In this document: one piece after another, positions 20,150-29,729 of the stretch
How the letters are laid out: every line of letters starts with the position of its first letter
How positions within the stretch are numbered: the stretch's first letter is position 1
Source: Nitrosopumilus sp.
Lineage (GTDB): Archaea; Thermoproteota; Nitrososphaeria; Nitrososphaerales; Nitrosopumilaceae
Length of the DNA: 64,000 nucleotides
NCBI GenBank assembly: GCA_965204345.1
Contig: OZ241981.1
Coordinates: 896,001 to 960,000, forward strand
Reading direction: 5' to 3'
Made by a program: the position numbers and the translations under genes
The notes under the pieces: model-generated
Database searches by the model: none
The model's input: the letters and a program-made list of their open reading frames with translations, nothing else
Told to the model about the DNA's origin: nothing

Positions 20150-20963
20150 GTGGGAAAATTACTTCTAAAAATTGGATTTAATTATGTAGATTCTGATTCA
20201 AATATTCAAAATGTTGATCAGCAGAAAATCGGAGAAATTGATCATATTTTCACATATGAAGATTTTCTGCTGCTGATTGAAATGAATGGAGAGAAAAAGG
20301 CAAGATGTAAAAAAATTAATGATTTTTTCTCAAAATGAGAGGTAGAAACAATCTCAAGTTAATTCATCAAAAACACAATCCAGATTATTTGGCACCTGTA
20401 AAAATTTATTTTGAATTGGATAAAAATTCATACGATAATTTATCACCTGCAATAGACACAATATCAAAAGTTCTAATATGATTGTCTATGAAGATGATTT
20501 TAAACATTTTAAAAAATATCAGGATAAGATTGATTCCTGGTCAAAAAAGGATTTTTTAAATTTCATTGGAATTAAAAAAAAATAAAGATAACCAAAAATT
20601 AGATGCCATTCAATTTCATAATGAGTGAAATTAAAGAAACATATGATAAAATTGCAATGTAGACATATTGGAATGTACTTGCCAGAACATTCTTTCAAAT
20701 CAAAAACATGTTTTAGTCAAAATAAGGGAATTTGTGTATTATTCAGATTATTACGATTACTTTATCAAAATCAAGAAAAATCTACAGTTAATGTTTCACT
20801 TGAAATTTTTATCAAAGATTTAGATACGATTATGAATCCAGATATGACAAAAAACTCGATTCATACTATATAACAAAGCAGATGTAAATTTGGATGCAAC
20901 AGATCTAATCAAAGAGATACAAGAGAAATATGCAAGCAAATACGATAAAATGAAATCAACTTA
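20150..20963 (+). pseudogene. fragmented PD-(D/E)XK-like nuclease-domain gene
   Basis: KIGEIDHIFTYEDFLLLIE motif followed by multiple stops and frameshifts. Confidence 0.4.
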
Positions 20964-20982
20964 GTTTCTTTGTGATAGTTTG

Positions 20983-21713
20983 CTAAATTTTCAATAAAGA
21001 TTCAATATCTTTGTACGTTGCATCAAATTCTTGTAATATTGCACCATATTCAGGTTGTTTGTATTTTGACAAAAAGTCATCAAGATATTTGTCTGCTTTA
21101 GATTTTTGTACATATTCTTTGTAAAAATCAAGATCCAATTTTTTTCCTACTGTTATTCTTGCGACATCTTTGTAATCTTTGGATATTTTTGAAGGCAACC
21201 TATAATGTCCACGTAGATCATATTCTTTTGTTCTAGCAACAGCTCCCATCATTTTTGTTATTATTAGCAATTCTCTTTTTGGAACAATTACTTTTAATCC
21301 ATCTATTTCTAGCTCTTCTTGAAATTTCAATGTCCAGTCCCACTCAAATTCTAATCCTAAATATGCGTCATCTTTCCATTTTTTATCACCATAAAAAACA
21401 TCTACAATAATGTCTTTATCTTCATCAGAAACCCTCACAATTTTTTCCCAATGAGATGAAAACAAATCATCTTTTTTTATTTTATGATTATATTTTGGAA
21501 AAAAATTATTATGTAGTTGCTGGATAGCATCTTCTTCACTTGCCATTACAATATCAATATCTCTTGATTTTAATCCACCTTCATATGCATATACTGTCCA
21601 TCCCCCTATATTGCAGGTCGTGGAGTTCCTAACTCTTGTAAAAAATTTAATAATTTTTTTAATTCAACAAAACTTGCTGTTAATATTTCGTCATTATAGA
21701 AGTTTTCACTCAT
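20983..21713 (-). pseudogene. AbiEii-like nucleotidyltransferase with a 1-nt frameshift near 21607-21612
   Basis: ATG at 21713 reads MSENFYNDE...PRPAI* ; shifted frame continues IGGWTVYAYEGGLKSRDIDIV into the 187-aa ORF. Confidence 0.8.
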
Positions 21714-22315
21714 TTTAACCACACTTTAGGAATAAAACGTTCAGCAGCATATGCTAAATTAGCACAAAACAAATCAATAATAGTTCTATTAGGTGATGTC
21801 ACTGGAACATTTTTTTTCTGTTTTATTTCATCTCCAAAATCATATTCATACAAAATTACTTTTGTATTTCCTTCCTCTTGATCTGCCATAAGTGGCAGTA
21901 AATTTGCATCAACTGAATATGCATGAATTGTTGGATCGTCAAAATACTCATCCTCATATAGCTTTAAGGCAGTTGTAAGACATAGAATACCACCATTTTT
22001 GCCAATTAATTCTATGGCAGATTTTCTGTCTATTGCAATTTCAAAGGTTTGGATGATTTTCTTATTCAAATCTCGATATCTGCTATAAAAACTCACCAAT
22101 TCAGCTCTTGATGTTACTTCGTATCTTGGTTTACCTAGTTTAGTTTCATGAGTTTTGCTTACAAGTTTTAGATCTATCAGCCAATTTACAAAATCAACTA
22201 CTTTTCCACCAAAAGGCCAATCATAAAAGCTGCTTAAAGATCGTGAGTTGAATTTTGGATGTTCTAACATGTAATACATTGCCTTGTACGAATCTTCTGT
22301 CTTGAATCCCTTCAT
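21710..22315 (-). CDS. AbiEi-like antitoxin / transcriptional regulator
   Basis: N-terminal wHTH-like region; C-terminal VPVTSPNRTIIDL; ATGA overlap with the downstream NTase. Confidence 0.72.
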   Translation of the reverse strand: MKGFKTEDSYKAMYYMLEHPKFNSRSLSSFYDWPFGGKVVDFVNWLIDLKLVSKTHETKLGKPRYEVTSRAELVSFYSRYRDLNKKIIQTFEIAIDRKSAIELIGKNGGILCLTTALKLYEDEYFDDPTIHAYSVDANLLPLMADQEEGNTKVILYEYDFGDEIKQKKNVPVTSPNRTIIDLFCANLAYAAERFIPKVWLK

Positions 22316-22327
22316 TTTGTTTCCTTG

Positions 22328-22384
22328 TGATCAAATTTCTCGATTATGATCAAATTCTTCATTAATGATCAAGTTTCTCGATCA
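22328..22384. promoter_or_regulatory. 3 x 19-bp tandem repeat upstream of antitoxin (putative operator)
   Basis: tgatcaaatttctcgatta / tgatcaaattcttcattaa / tgatcaagtttctcgatca. Confidence 0.6.
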
Positions 22385-22559
22385 TTATTAAATGAAGTGA
22401 AATAAAAGGGTAGATAATTAGGAAGGAAGCAAAAATCGGTTCTAAAGAGGAGGAATTATTGCAAAAAAATAAAACCCAATCTTTTGCAATATCACTAGTG
22501 TCAAATGACCCTATCATCAGAATATTCAAAGACAAGTTTGGATGAGATAGAATAACTCC

Positions 22560-22940
22560 GAGACATGAATCAGCATACAAATACGATTAGAAAAAGAATA
22601 TACTCCCTCACAAGTAAGGACTAGATTGAATAATTTAGAGAAAATAGGTTTCATAGTGTCTAGAAAAAAAACAATTGAAGGGGTAACTTTAGAAAATATC
22701 AAAGAATATGAAAAAGCAATATAACTAGACTCGAAAAAGGCTGATGCTTGGACAAATAAAGGAGCCACCCTACAGAATTTAGAAAAACACGAGATATCAA
22801 TTCAATCATATTATGAGAGGCACAAGAGATTGATGAAAATTCAGTAATGACCTTACAAGTAAAGATAGTAATTAAGAGAATTAGATCATATTGAAGATAC
22901 GTTATGGCATTTTGATAAGGCTATAGAGATTCATGACTAG
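22560..22940 (+). pseudogene. decayed TPR-repeat protein gene
   Basis: fragments GVTLENIKEYEKAI, ADAWTNKGATLQNLEKHE, FDKAIEI interrupted by stops and frameshifts. Confidence 0.5.
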
Positions 22941-23082
22941 TATGATTTAGGAATAAATAGTAAAAAAACGGCATTAGAATTATTAAAAAAATAACAAGAA
23001 TTTCCAGATTAATATAATTTTTGACTTAATTATGAATCAAAACTAACACTATAGTTAGATTATAAATTCTAAAAATGAAACT

Positions 23083-23298
23083 ATGTTTAAATTCCAAAAT
23101 CCAAGAAAGACCAAATCTGGAGAATCTGTAATTACATTATGGAATGAAATTAAAGAGGATTGGAGAATATATAAACGAGCAAAATTAGAAGATGATTTCT
23201 CAAAAATGAGAGTGACAGCTTTAAGAATTGTAGAATTACAAGATGATCTTGGAATTAAAAAAACAGAATTCCCAGAATTACAGGAAACAGAAATTTAG
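23083..23298 (+). CDS. small hypothetical protein
   Basis: 71-aa ORF with TTATAAA about 22 nt upstream. Confidence 0.6.
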   Translation: MFKFQNPRKTKSGESVITLWNEIKEDWRIYKRAKLEDDFSKMRVTALRIVELQDDLGIKKTEFPELQETEI

Positions 23299-23710
23299 TT
23301 GCAGTCATTTCTTCTTAAACCAAAATCAAAAAAACATTTCTTGACAGAATTTTGCTTTTAAAATTTTCAGCAAGAGAAAATTATCAATCAACACTGAACC
23401 ATACCTGATGCCATTAACAATGCAAAAACAGAATTAGAAAATAACAGAATAGTTCCTGAGCATGTTAGAAGAAAGCTAATTCCAAGATATTAGAAAACAC
23501 AATATTCAGACTTTGTACAGAGTAGAATTGCCTCACTACTGGGGGACTTAACCACACACTCTTAACTTTTGAAGATGGTGTAAAGGAAGCATTGTTATTG
23601 AAAGTATTTGATCATGACGCATATAACAAAAGATTTGAATATGCCTGGCACTTATAATTAAGATACTTACAAGTACCATACATTCAAGTACTAACAATAA
23701 TAGAGATACC

Positions 23711-24067
23711 ATGACTAAAAATGCACAAACAGTAAAGATAGAAAAAGACATTGTACGCCATGTGGATACTATGGCTTATGCACAAGCTATAGGTGCTTTA
23801 ACAAAATTAGTTGATCGTTTTAATCCAACTTTGAAAAGCATTTTGAAAGTAGAAGAACTTTTCAGAGAAAAAATTGAATTTGACTCCAGAACACAGCTAT
23901 TGCGGAAAATGGATGGTAAGATGAAAGCATCAGTTTTGAATGTAATACTAGCCCATTTAGTCATAAATAATAAAATTACAATAAACGATGATAACTCATT
24001 AACTTGGATTTATGCTGAAGATAACAAAAAGCTAAAGAAGAGTTGGAAAAAAGCAATACCGTTATAA
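23711..24067 (+). CDS. hypothetical protein, wHTH-like
   Basis: PTLKSILKVEE...SRTQLLRKM...LNVILAHL...NKI....LTWI. Confidence 0.65.
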   Translation: MTKNAQTVKIEKDIVRHVDTMAYAQAIGALTKLVDRFNPTLKSILKVEELFREKIEFDSRTQLLRKMDGKMKASVLNVILAHLVINNKITINDDNSLTWIYAEDNKKLKKSWKKAIPL

Positions 24068-24320
24068 TTCCAAAATTTTTCAAACTCCAAACATATTTCA
24101 AAAGAGATCAATACATGCCAATTAAATTTTTTACAGAAATTAGTGTGTAAAGTTTAAACAAATGGGTAGAATGAGCACATATTTGAAAACACCATGTTCT
24201 AATTTATTTTTAAGCAGTTAAAATTAATTTAATTTATAAAAATTCAAAAATCCATTTCAATGAATGGAAAAATTTGGATGATACTCGTATAGGTTAATTC
24301 ATCTTCAAAGATCATACAAC

Positions 24321-24626
24321 TCATTCTATCTGGTCTTCTCTCAAATAATATTTCATTAATGCAAGAATGTAAGAGCTATGTCTTGTGATATCTTGATAGT
24401 GTTTGTTTAGAAATTGTTCCCCTCTATTGTAATTTTTTGCTTGATCCCAAACTCGTAAAAATTCTTTTTGATATAAATCTCGTTCATACATTGTGGATTT
24501 AGGAAAGATTTCCACGAAACCTTGTGAATATCTTGCAGAAAAACTCTTCTTTTGTTTTATAGTTTGAAACTCTCTCTTTTGTAGAAGATCTTTTTTCAAA
24601 TTATTCCAAAAGGTTTGAAATTTCAT
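24321..24626 (-). CDS. hypothetical protein, paralog of 4116..4466
   Basis: MKFQTFWNNLKKDL...EFQTIKQKKSFSARY...EFLRVW...SSYILAL. Confidence 0.7.
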   Translation of the reverse strand: MKFQTFWNNLKKDLLQKREFQTIKQKKSFSARYSQGFVEIFPKSTMYERDLYQKEFLRVWDQAKNYNRGEQFLNKHYQDITRHSSYILALMKYYLREDQIE

Positions 24627-25219
24627 ACCTCGAATCTCACTTTGGTTTTTTTAAGAATTACGTCATCATCACCAAATGGAATGAAAGCAACATGATCTCC
24701 TGTCTTTAAATTTAATTTTTTAACAATTTTGTATGGAATTTGAATTACATTGTTAGTGTTAATTGAAGCAAATTCTGGATCTTCTTTCTTCTTTGCACCG
24801 TAGATAATTTCCATTGGAGATTCAAATTCAGGTTCAGGTTTCCCATATTTTTGTTTCATATAATCCTCATCATACCATTTAATGAGATCATGAAATCTTT
24901 CAGGCATCGTTTCTTGTAATGGTTTTATCTGTCCTTTTTTTCGTGTATCATCATAATAGTCTCCTTTTACAAATAATCTATACCATCCTCGCCTGACTCG
25001 AATTGTTTTTCTGTGAGTGTCAGGTTGTGCAGGTTTGTTTGCAACACAGTGAGATGAAATATGAGTACTAATAGTTCCATCAGAAACATTTTGAATACCT
25101 AATTCCTCTATTTTATCAGCAATTTCTTTTACCTGAAATGCCTCTTTTTTGGGATTTCCTTTATGCAAGGTTGCCAATGCAATCCATACTGCTGTAGCTG
25201 CGGTTTGTTTTTCTTCCAT
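24623..25219 (-). CDS. wHTH-like domain plus C-terminal AbrB/MazE-like domain
   Basis: TISTHISSHCVAN...RGWYRL; C-terminal IQIPYKIVKKLNLKTGDHVAF...VILKK. Confidence 0.7.
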   Translation of the reverse strand: MEEKQTAATAVWIALATLHKGNPKKEAFQVKEIADKIEELGIQNVSDGTISTHISSHCVANKPAQPDTHRKTIRVRRGWYRLFVKGDYYDDTRKKGQIKPLQETMPERFHDLIKWYDEDYMKQKYGKPEPEFESPMEIIYGAKKKEDPEFASINTNNVIQIPYKIVKKLNLKTGDHVAFIPFGDDDVILKKTKVRFEV

Positions 25220-25616
25220 GTTAGTAAATCTACATACTACTTAATTAAACTTAAGATTTAACCGTATTAAGTTCATTTAGGCATAAATAGAAATAAAGGA
25301 TAATCGTAATATAACTTAAATTACTATAATCTACTATATAACCTAAGTCAATTACTTTAGAAAAAACAACAGAGCACCTAGACAACTTCAAAATTCGGGT
25401 AATAATGGGCGCTTAGTACTCCAAGACATATTATCAAAATGATAACAGAACTAGCATCCAAGTAAAGAACATAGATGTTTTCTTAGGCATGAATCAATAA
25501 AAAATTGCAAGAATTTTACAAAATTGAATCCATTATTACAAACTATAGGCGTTAGTGAAATCAATGACATTGTTAGTGGATTTTATAACATTTCATTAAA
25601 TGATAACACAAGACAA

Positions 25617-25690
25617 AGCCTTGAACGGGATCTGAACCCGTGACCTAACGCTTACGAGGCGTTCGCTCTACCAGGCTGAGCTACCAAGGC
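25617..25690 (-). tRNA. tRNA-Thr(CGT)
   Basis: GCCTTGG/TCAAGGC acceptor; AACGC-CTCGTAA-GCGTT anticodon arm. Confidence 0.95.
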
Positions 25691-25743
25691 ACGTTTGAAC
25701 AAAGACACCAGAGTTAATAAAAAGCCTTTCCGAAATGGACTAA

Positions 25744-27042
25744 ATGAAAAAAACAATTTCAGGTATCAGGGGAATATTTGGAGAGGACCTTAATCTAAGG
25801 GATGTGCTAAAATTTTGCAATAATTTTTCCTCACTAGTTGAATCCAAAAAATGTGTCATTGGCAAGGATACAAGGCCGTCAGGAAATATGGTAAAAAATA
25901 CCGCAAGTGCCGCACTGATGAAAAACGGCATTGATATTTTTGATTTGGGGACGGTTCCAACGCCTGTTGTTTTTAGGGAAGCAAGAAATTACGGTGCAGG
26001 ACTAGTAGTTTCATCATCACACAATCCATTAGAATGGAACGGGATGAAATTCATCATTGATGGCAGGGGAATAAACGAAGAGGAACTTCCTCAGATAATT
26101 CAACATCAGAAAATGCCAAAAACCAGTGCTGGAACTGAGATAAAACTCTCAACATCATACATTGAGGATGCAAAAAAAATCATAGGCAGCATAGAAGACA
26201 GCCCGAAAATTGCAGTAGACATAGGCGGTGGAGCAGCCAAAGGCTTTGCATCAGAACTATTAAAAAAGATAGGATGCAGGGTTGAGACGCTTAATGAGGA
26301 TCCGACAACATGTACAAGGGGTCCGGATCCCACATCAGACAATCTATCAGAATTAGCTGCTGCCAGTACAAAAAAAGAGATTGGATTTGCATTTGATTTG
26401 GATGGTGATCGGCTAGTTGTTGTAAGAGAAGGAAAAAAGCAAGCAGCAGATGTTACATTGGGATTGGGGGTGGCAAAATCATTGGAGCTGGGTTACAAAA
26501 AATTTGTTCTGAGTATAGATACAAGTGTTTCAGTTGAGAGATTCATCAGAGAGAAGGGCGGCACTGTTAGGAGATCAAAGGTCGGAGAGGCAAACGTAAT
26601 AGACCTCATGCTAAAAAGTGGAGCACAGGCGGGAGGTGAGGGAAGTAGCGGGGGTTTTATCCTGCCTGAATTTAATTATTGCAGGGAAGGGATTCTCACT
26701 AGCGGTTTAATTGCATCTATGCTAGGAACATCAGAATTTCGGGAGATTTTGGATTACATGGAAGGTTTCAAGCAGATACGAGAGAAAACAGAGATTGATT
26801 CTAGCTTTCACAACGAGGTGATTAGCAAAGTGCAATCAAAAATTTCTAAAAATTACTCTGAGATAATATCACTGGATGGGATAAAAGCAATAATAGATGA
26901 GGATAGCTGGGTTTTAATCAGAAAATCAAATACAGAAGACATTATCAGGGTTTCAGCAGAATCAAGTGACGAGGAAAAATGTAAAAGAATTCTCAGAGAT
27001 ACATTAAAGGTGGTGAATCAAAGCTATGAAAAGATTAGATGA
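25744..27042 (+). CDS. phosphohexomutase (PMM/PGM/GlmM family)
   Basis: SSHNP, DLDGDR, GGEGSSGG, RKSNTE. Confidence 0.93.
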   Translation: MKKTISGIRGIFGEDLNLRDVLKFCNNFSSLVESKKCVIGKDTRPSGNMVKNTASAALMKNGIDIFDLGTVPTPVVFREARNYGAGLVVSSSHNPLEWNGMKFIIDGRGINEEELPQIIQHQKMPKTSAGTEIKLSTSYIEDAKKIIGSIEDSPKIAVDIGGGAAKGFASELLKKIGCRVETLNEDPTTCTRGPDPTSDNLSELAAASTKKEIGFAFDLDGDRLVVVREGKKQAADVTLGLGVAKSLELGYKKFVLSIDTSVSVERFIREKGGTVRRSKVGEANVIDLMLKSGAQAGGEGSSGGFILPEFNYCREGILTSGLIASMLGTSEFREILDYMEGFKQIREKTEIDSSFHNEVISKVQSKISKNYSEIISLDGIKAIIDEDSWVLIRKSNTEDIIRVSAESSDEEKCKRILRDTLKVVNQSYEKIR

Positions 27043-27976
27043 GAGTGCAATAATTGAGATCTTTCAGAGGAAGCTAGTCAAGGCAAAATTTGAATCAGAA
27101 GATGTGGAAATCTTAAATTTGGGCAAAGCCAAGATTGTGGCAAAAACAGACACGATGGTGGAAAGTACAGACATTCCCTCAGGCATGAGATTATCTGATG
27201 CTGCAAGAAAAAGCGTCGTGGCATGTGTGAGTGATTTTGCCTCAAAGGGCGTCAAACCAAGCTACGGGATGATTTCAGTCAATCTTCCAAGAATGATTTC
27301 ACGCTCAAAAATCAATGAGATTGCCCTGGGTTTTAAGAAAGCATGCAATGAATTTGACATTTCAATTCTTGGAGGAGACACCAACGAGGGTAAAGAGATA
27401 GTGTTTAACGTATGCCTTTTTGGAATCACAGATACCATAGTTGCTAGAAGAAATTCAAAAAAAGGGAACCTGATATATGTAACAGGCCCGTTTGGGTATA
27501 CTACGGTGGGATTGGACATTCTTCTAAATAAGAAAAAAATAAGAGGAAACTTGGCAAATAAGGCAATCAGGTCAGTAGTCAGACCAAGACCAAGACTTGA
27601 TTTTGCCTTGGAAAACAAAAAATATTTTTCATCATCAATGGACTCTAGCGACGGCCTGTCTACAACATTAAATGAAATGTCAAGGCAAAGCAAAAATAAG
27701 TTTGTCATAAACAAAATTCCGATTCCAAAAGAGTTGGAAAAATTTGCACAGTCTCACAGATTAAACCAAAAAAACATGGTTTTTAACGGCGGTGAGGAAT
27801 ACGAGTTTGTATTTACAATAGAGCCAAAGCATAAAAAAACAATTCAAAAAAATGCAGCACTTTGCAGGATTCCAATTATGGAGATTGGGCATGTGACATC
27901 AGGTAAGGGGGTATACATACAGGAAAACAATCACATGATTCAGCTCAGGGACTCAGGATGGAAGCATTTTGGATAG
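27026..27976 (+). CDS. thiL: thiamine-monophosphate kinase
   Basis: SDFASKG, GGDT, MDSSDGL, GGEEYEF. Confidence 0.93.
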   Translation: MKRLDESAIIEIFQRKLVKAKFESEDVEILNLGKAKIVAKTDTMVESTDIPSGMRLSDAARKSVVACVSDFASKGVKPSYGMISVNLPRMISRSKINEIALGFKKACNEFDISILGGDTNEGKEIVFNVCLFGITDTIVARRNSKKGNLIYVTGPFGYTTVGLDILLNKKKIRGNLANKAIRSVVRPRPRLDFALENKKYFSSSMDSSDGLSTTLNEMSRQSKNKFVINKIPIPKELEKFAQSHRLNQKNMVFNGGEEYEFVFTIEPKHKKTIQKNAALCRIPIMEIGHVTSGKGVYIQENNHMIQLRDSGWKHFG

Positions 27977-27980
27977 CTAG

Positions 27981-28307
27981 TTATTCGCCATAGAAGATAT
28001 CCCTTTTGGCATCATTGGCAATTTGAAATACTGATTCAGGTGACAAAACATTAACACATTCTGTTATCCATAACTCATCAAGATGCATCAGGCGCTTAAA
28101 ATCATCATTTGGCAGATCATCAGGGTGTGAATCAGGATACAGCAAATGAATTCTATACCCTTCATTGGCAATTTCTTGACAATTTTTCTCCAGTGAGGAT
28201 AGCTCATCACTGTTCAGCGTCAGAAAATGAATTGCCACTGAGGCCATCAGGGCAGCTGCTATTGCTATCCCAATTGCCAAAAATAAGATTGATGCCATGC
28301 AATGCAA
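27981..28307 (-). CDS. membrane-anchored hypothetical protein
   Basis: N-terminal TM helix. Confidence 0.65.
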   Translation of the reverse strand: MHCMASILFLAIGIAIAAALMASVAIHFLTLNSDELSSLEKNCQEIANEGYRIHLLYPDSHPDDLPNDDFKRLMHLDELWITECVNVLSPESVFQIANDAKRDIFYGE

Positions 28308-28414
28308 TCAGAGAAAAGTAGTATATGAATAGTCATTGATAATGACCAAATTTCCAAACTCAGGGAAATTCAGAAAATCAATGTATTTTAAACCCTTTAA
28401 GGTGTGAGTAGACG

Positions 28415-28984
28415 TTGTCAGAAGTCACGACTGAGGTTATAGAGGCAGAAGAAGAAGAGACTGTAACTCCGGCAGTAGAGGAGGAAAAAGTAGCAACAGA
28501 TACTCAAACTCCGGCAGTAGCAGAGGGGGAGGAAAAAGCAAAAGAAGAGTCAAAAGCAGTCACGGAGACAAAAACCCAGCCAGAGACAAAGAGAGAGGGC
28601 CCAGAAAAATGGGGAATTGCCCATATTTACAGCAGTTATAATAATACAATCATTCACATGACTGACCTTACAGGAGCCGAAACAGTCTCGATTAGTTCGG
28701 GAGGAATTCACGTCAATGCAGACAGATACGAGTCATCACCGTTTGCTGCAATGAAAGCAGTAAACGCAGTTGTAGAGTCTGCAAGAACAAAGGGATTCAC
28801 AGGATTTCACATCAGGGTCCGCGCTGTAGGCGGAGTCGGTTCCAGAGTTCCGGGTCTTGGTGCACAGGCTGCAATCAGAGCATTGGCAAGAGGCGGATTT
28901 AAGATTGGAAGAATTGACGATGTAACACCAATTCCTCATGATACCACCAGAAAGAAGGGTGGAAAAAGAGGAAGAAGGGTCTAG
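28415..28984 (+). CDS. rps11: 30S ribosomal protein S11 with acidic N-terminal extension
   Basis: [19 protein letters not shown]...[21 protein letters not shown]. Confidence 0.97.
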   Translation: MSEVTTEVIEAEEEETVTPAVEEEKVATDTQTPAVAEGEEKAKEESKAVTETKTQPETKREGPEKWGIAHIYSSYNNTIIHMTDLTGAETVSISSGGIHVNADRYESSPFAAMKAVNAVVESARTKGFTGFHIRVRAVGGVGSRVPGLGAQAAIRALARGGFKIGRIDDVTPIPHDTTRKKGGKRGRRV

Positions 28985-29298
28985 CCAGATATTTTTATTG
29001 TAATATCACAACAGCGGCATTTAGAAACAAAGTAATCTGTCATAAACTTTGCAAATTTTTCAACACGATCATTTGCTTGGTATTTGATGATCATGTCAGA
29101 AAATTTTTCCTCAATTCCTGCTTGCAAGTTATCTTTGAAGGCTAGTTTAAAAAAAGTCCATCCAAACTTGGAGGATGGCTCACTTAATGCGTACCCGTTA
29201 TATCCGCCCGTAAGACTCTCCATATGAGACAATGCCTTTTTGATAGATAGCAAGTCATCAGCGTAGTTCTTTGTGCCTACCTCCAAAACAATGCTCAT
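28981..29298 (-). CDS. hypothetical protein
   Basis: 105-aa ORF coupled to the rtcB operon. Confidence 0.7.
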   Translation of the reverse strand: MSIVLEVGTKNYADDLLSIKKALSHMESLTGGYNGYALSEPSSKFGWTFFKLAFKDNLQAGIEEKFSDMIIKYQANDRVEKFAKFMTDYFVSKCRCCDITIKISG

Positions 29299-29729
29299 TG
29301 TTCTTTATCACCGCCATTCTCAGATGACTGGCTGCTGAGTTTGTCACTTAGGGATACAAGTTTTCCATCCTTTTCAACATTGATCCTTGTATCCATTCGG
29401 ACATTTAGCCCAACTGATCTAAACAGTGTCAACAACTTTCCTCCGTCAATGCCTTCATTGATTTCACCGTTTTTGATTAGTTCAGATAGCTTCTCTATAA
29501 TCATTTTAGACTCGCTTGGGAACTGAGACTCTGCATTTTCCAAGACCTCAAGGCCCCTAAATCCGAGTATTCTCAGAAGAGAGTCTCTTGGGTTTTCAGC
29601 AGGTGAATCATCAACATCCCCGGCAGGTTCTGCATTAGATAAAGTCTCTTGCTTTGTGGATATGTTTCTCTGCATCTCTGCAAGTCGTTTTGCCTTTAGC
29701 CTTTGAAGTTCAGAATCTTCTTCGCTCAA
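29295..29729 (-). CDS. PDCD5-like dsDNA-binding protein
   Basis: DSELQRLKAKRLAEMQ N-terminus; G.I...ID...L..L. Confidence 0.7.
   Translation of the reverse strand: MSEEDSELQRLKAKRLAEMQRNISTKQETLSNAEPAGDVDDSPAENPRDSLLRILGFRGLEVLENAESQFPSESKMIIEKLSELIKNGEINEGIDGGKLLTLFRSVGLNVRMDTRINVEKDGKLVSLSDKLSSQSSENGGDKEQ

Larger units (their letters stand above)
19726..25658. mobile_element. decayed integrated element at tRNA-Thr(CGT)
   Basis: flanking tRNA-derived direct repeats, very AT-rich, TA and pseudogene cargo; no integrase seen. Confidence 0.75.

Noticed and set aside
22328-22384. Mini-CRISPR or replication iterons
   Set aside because: No spacers and no rep gene nearby; position over a promoter fits an operator better.
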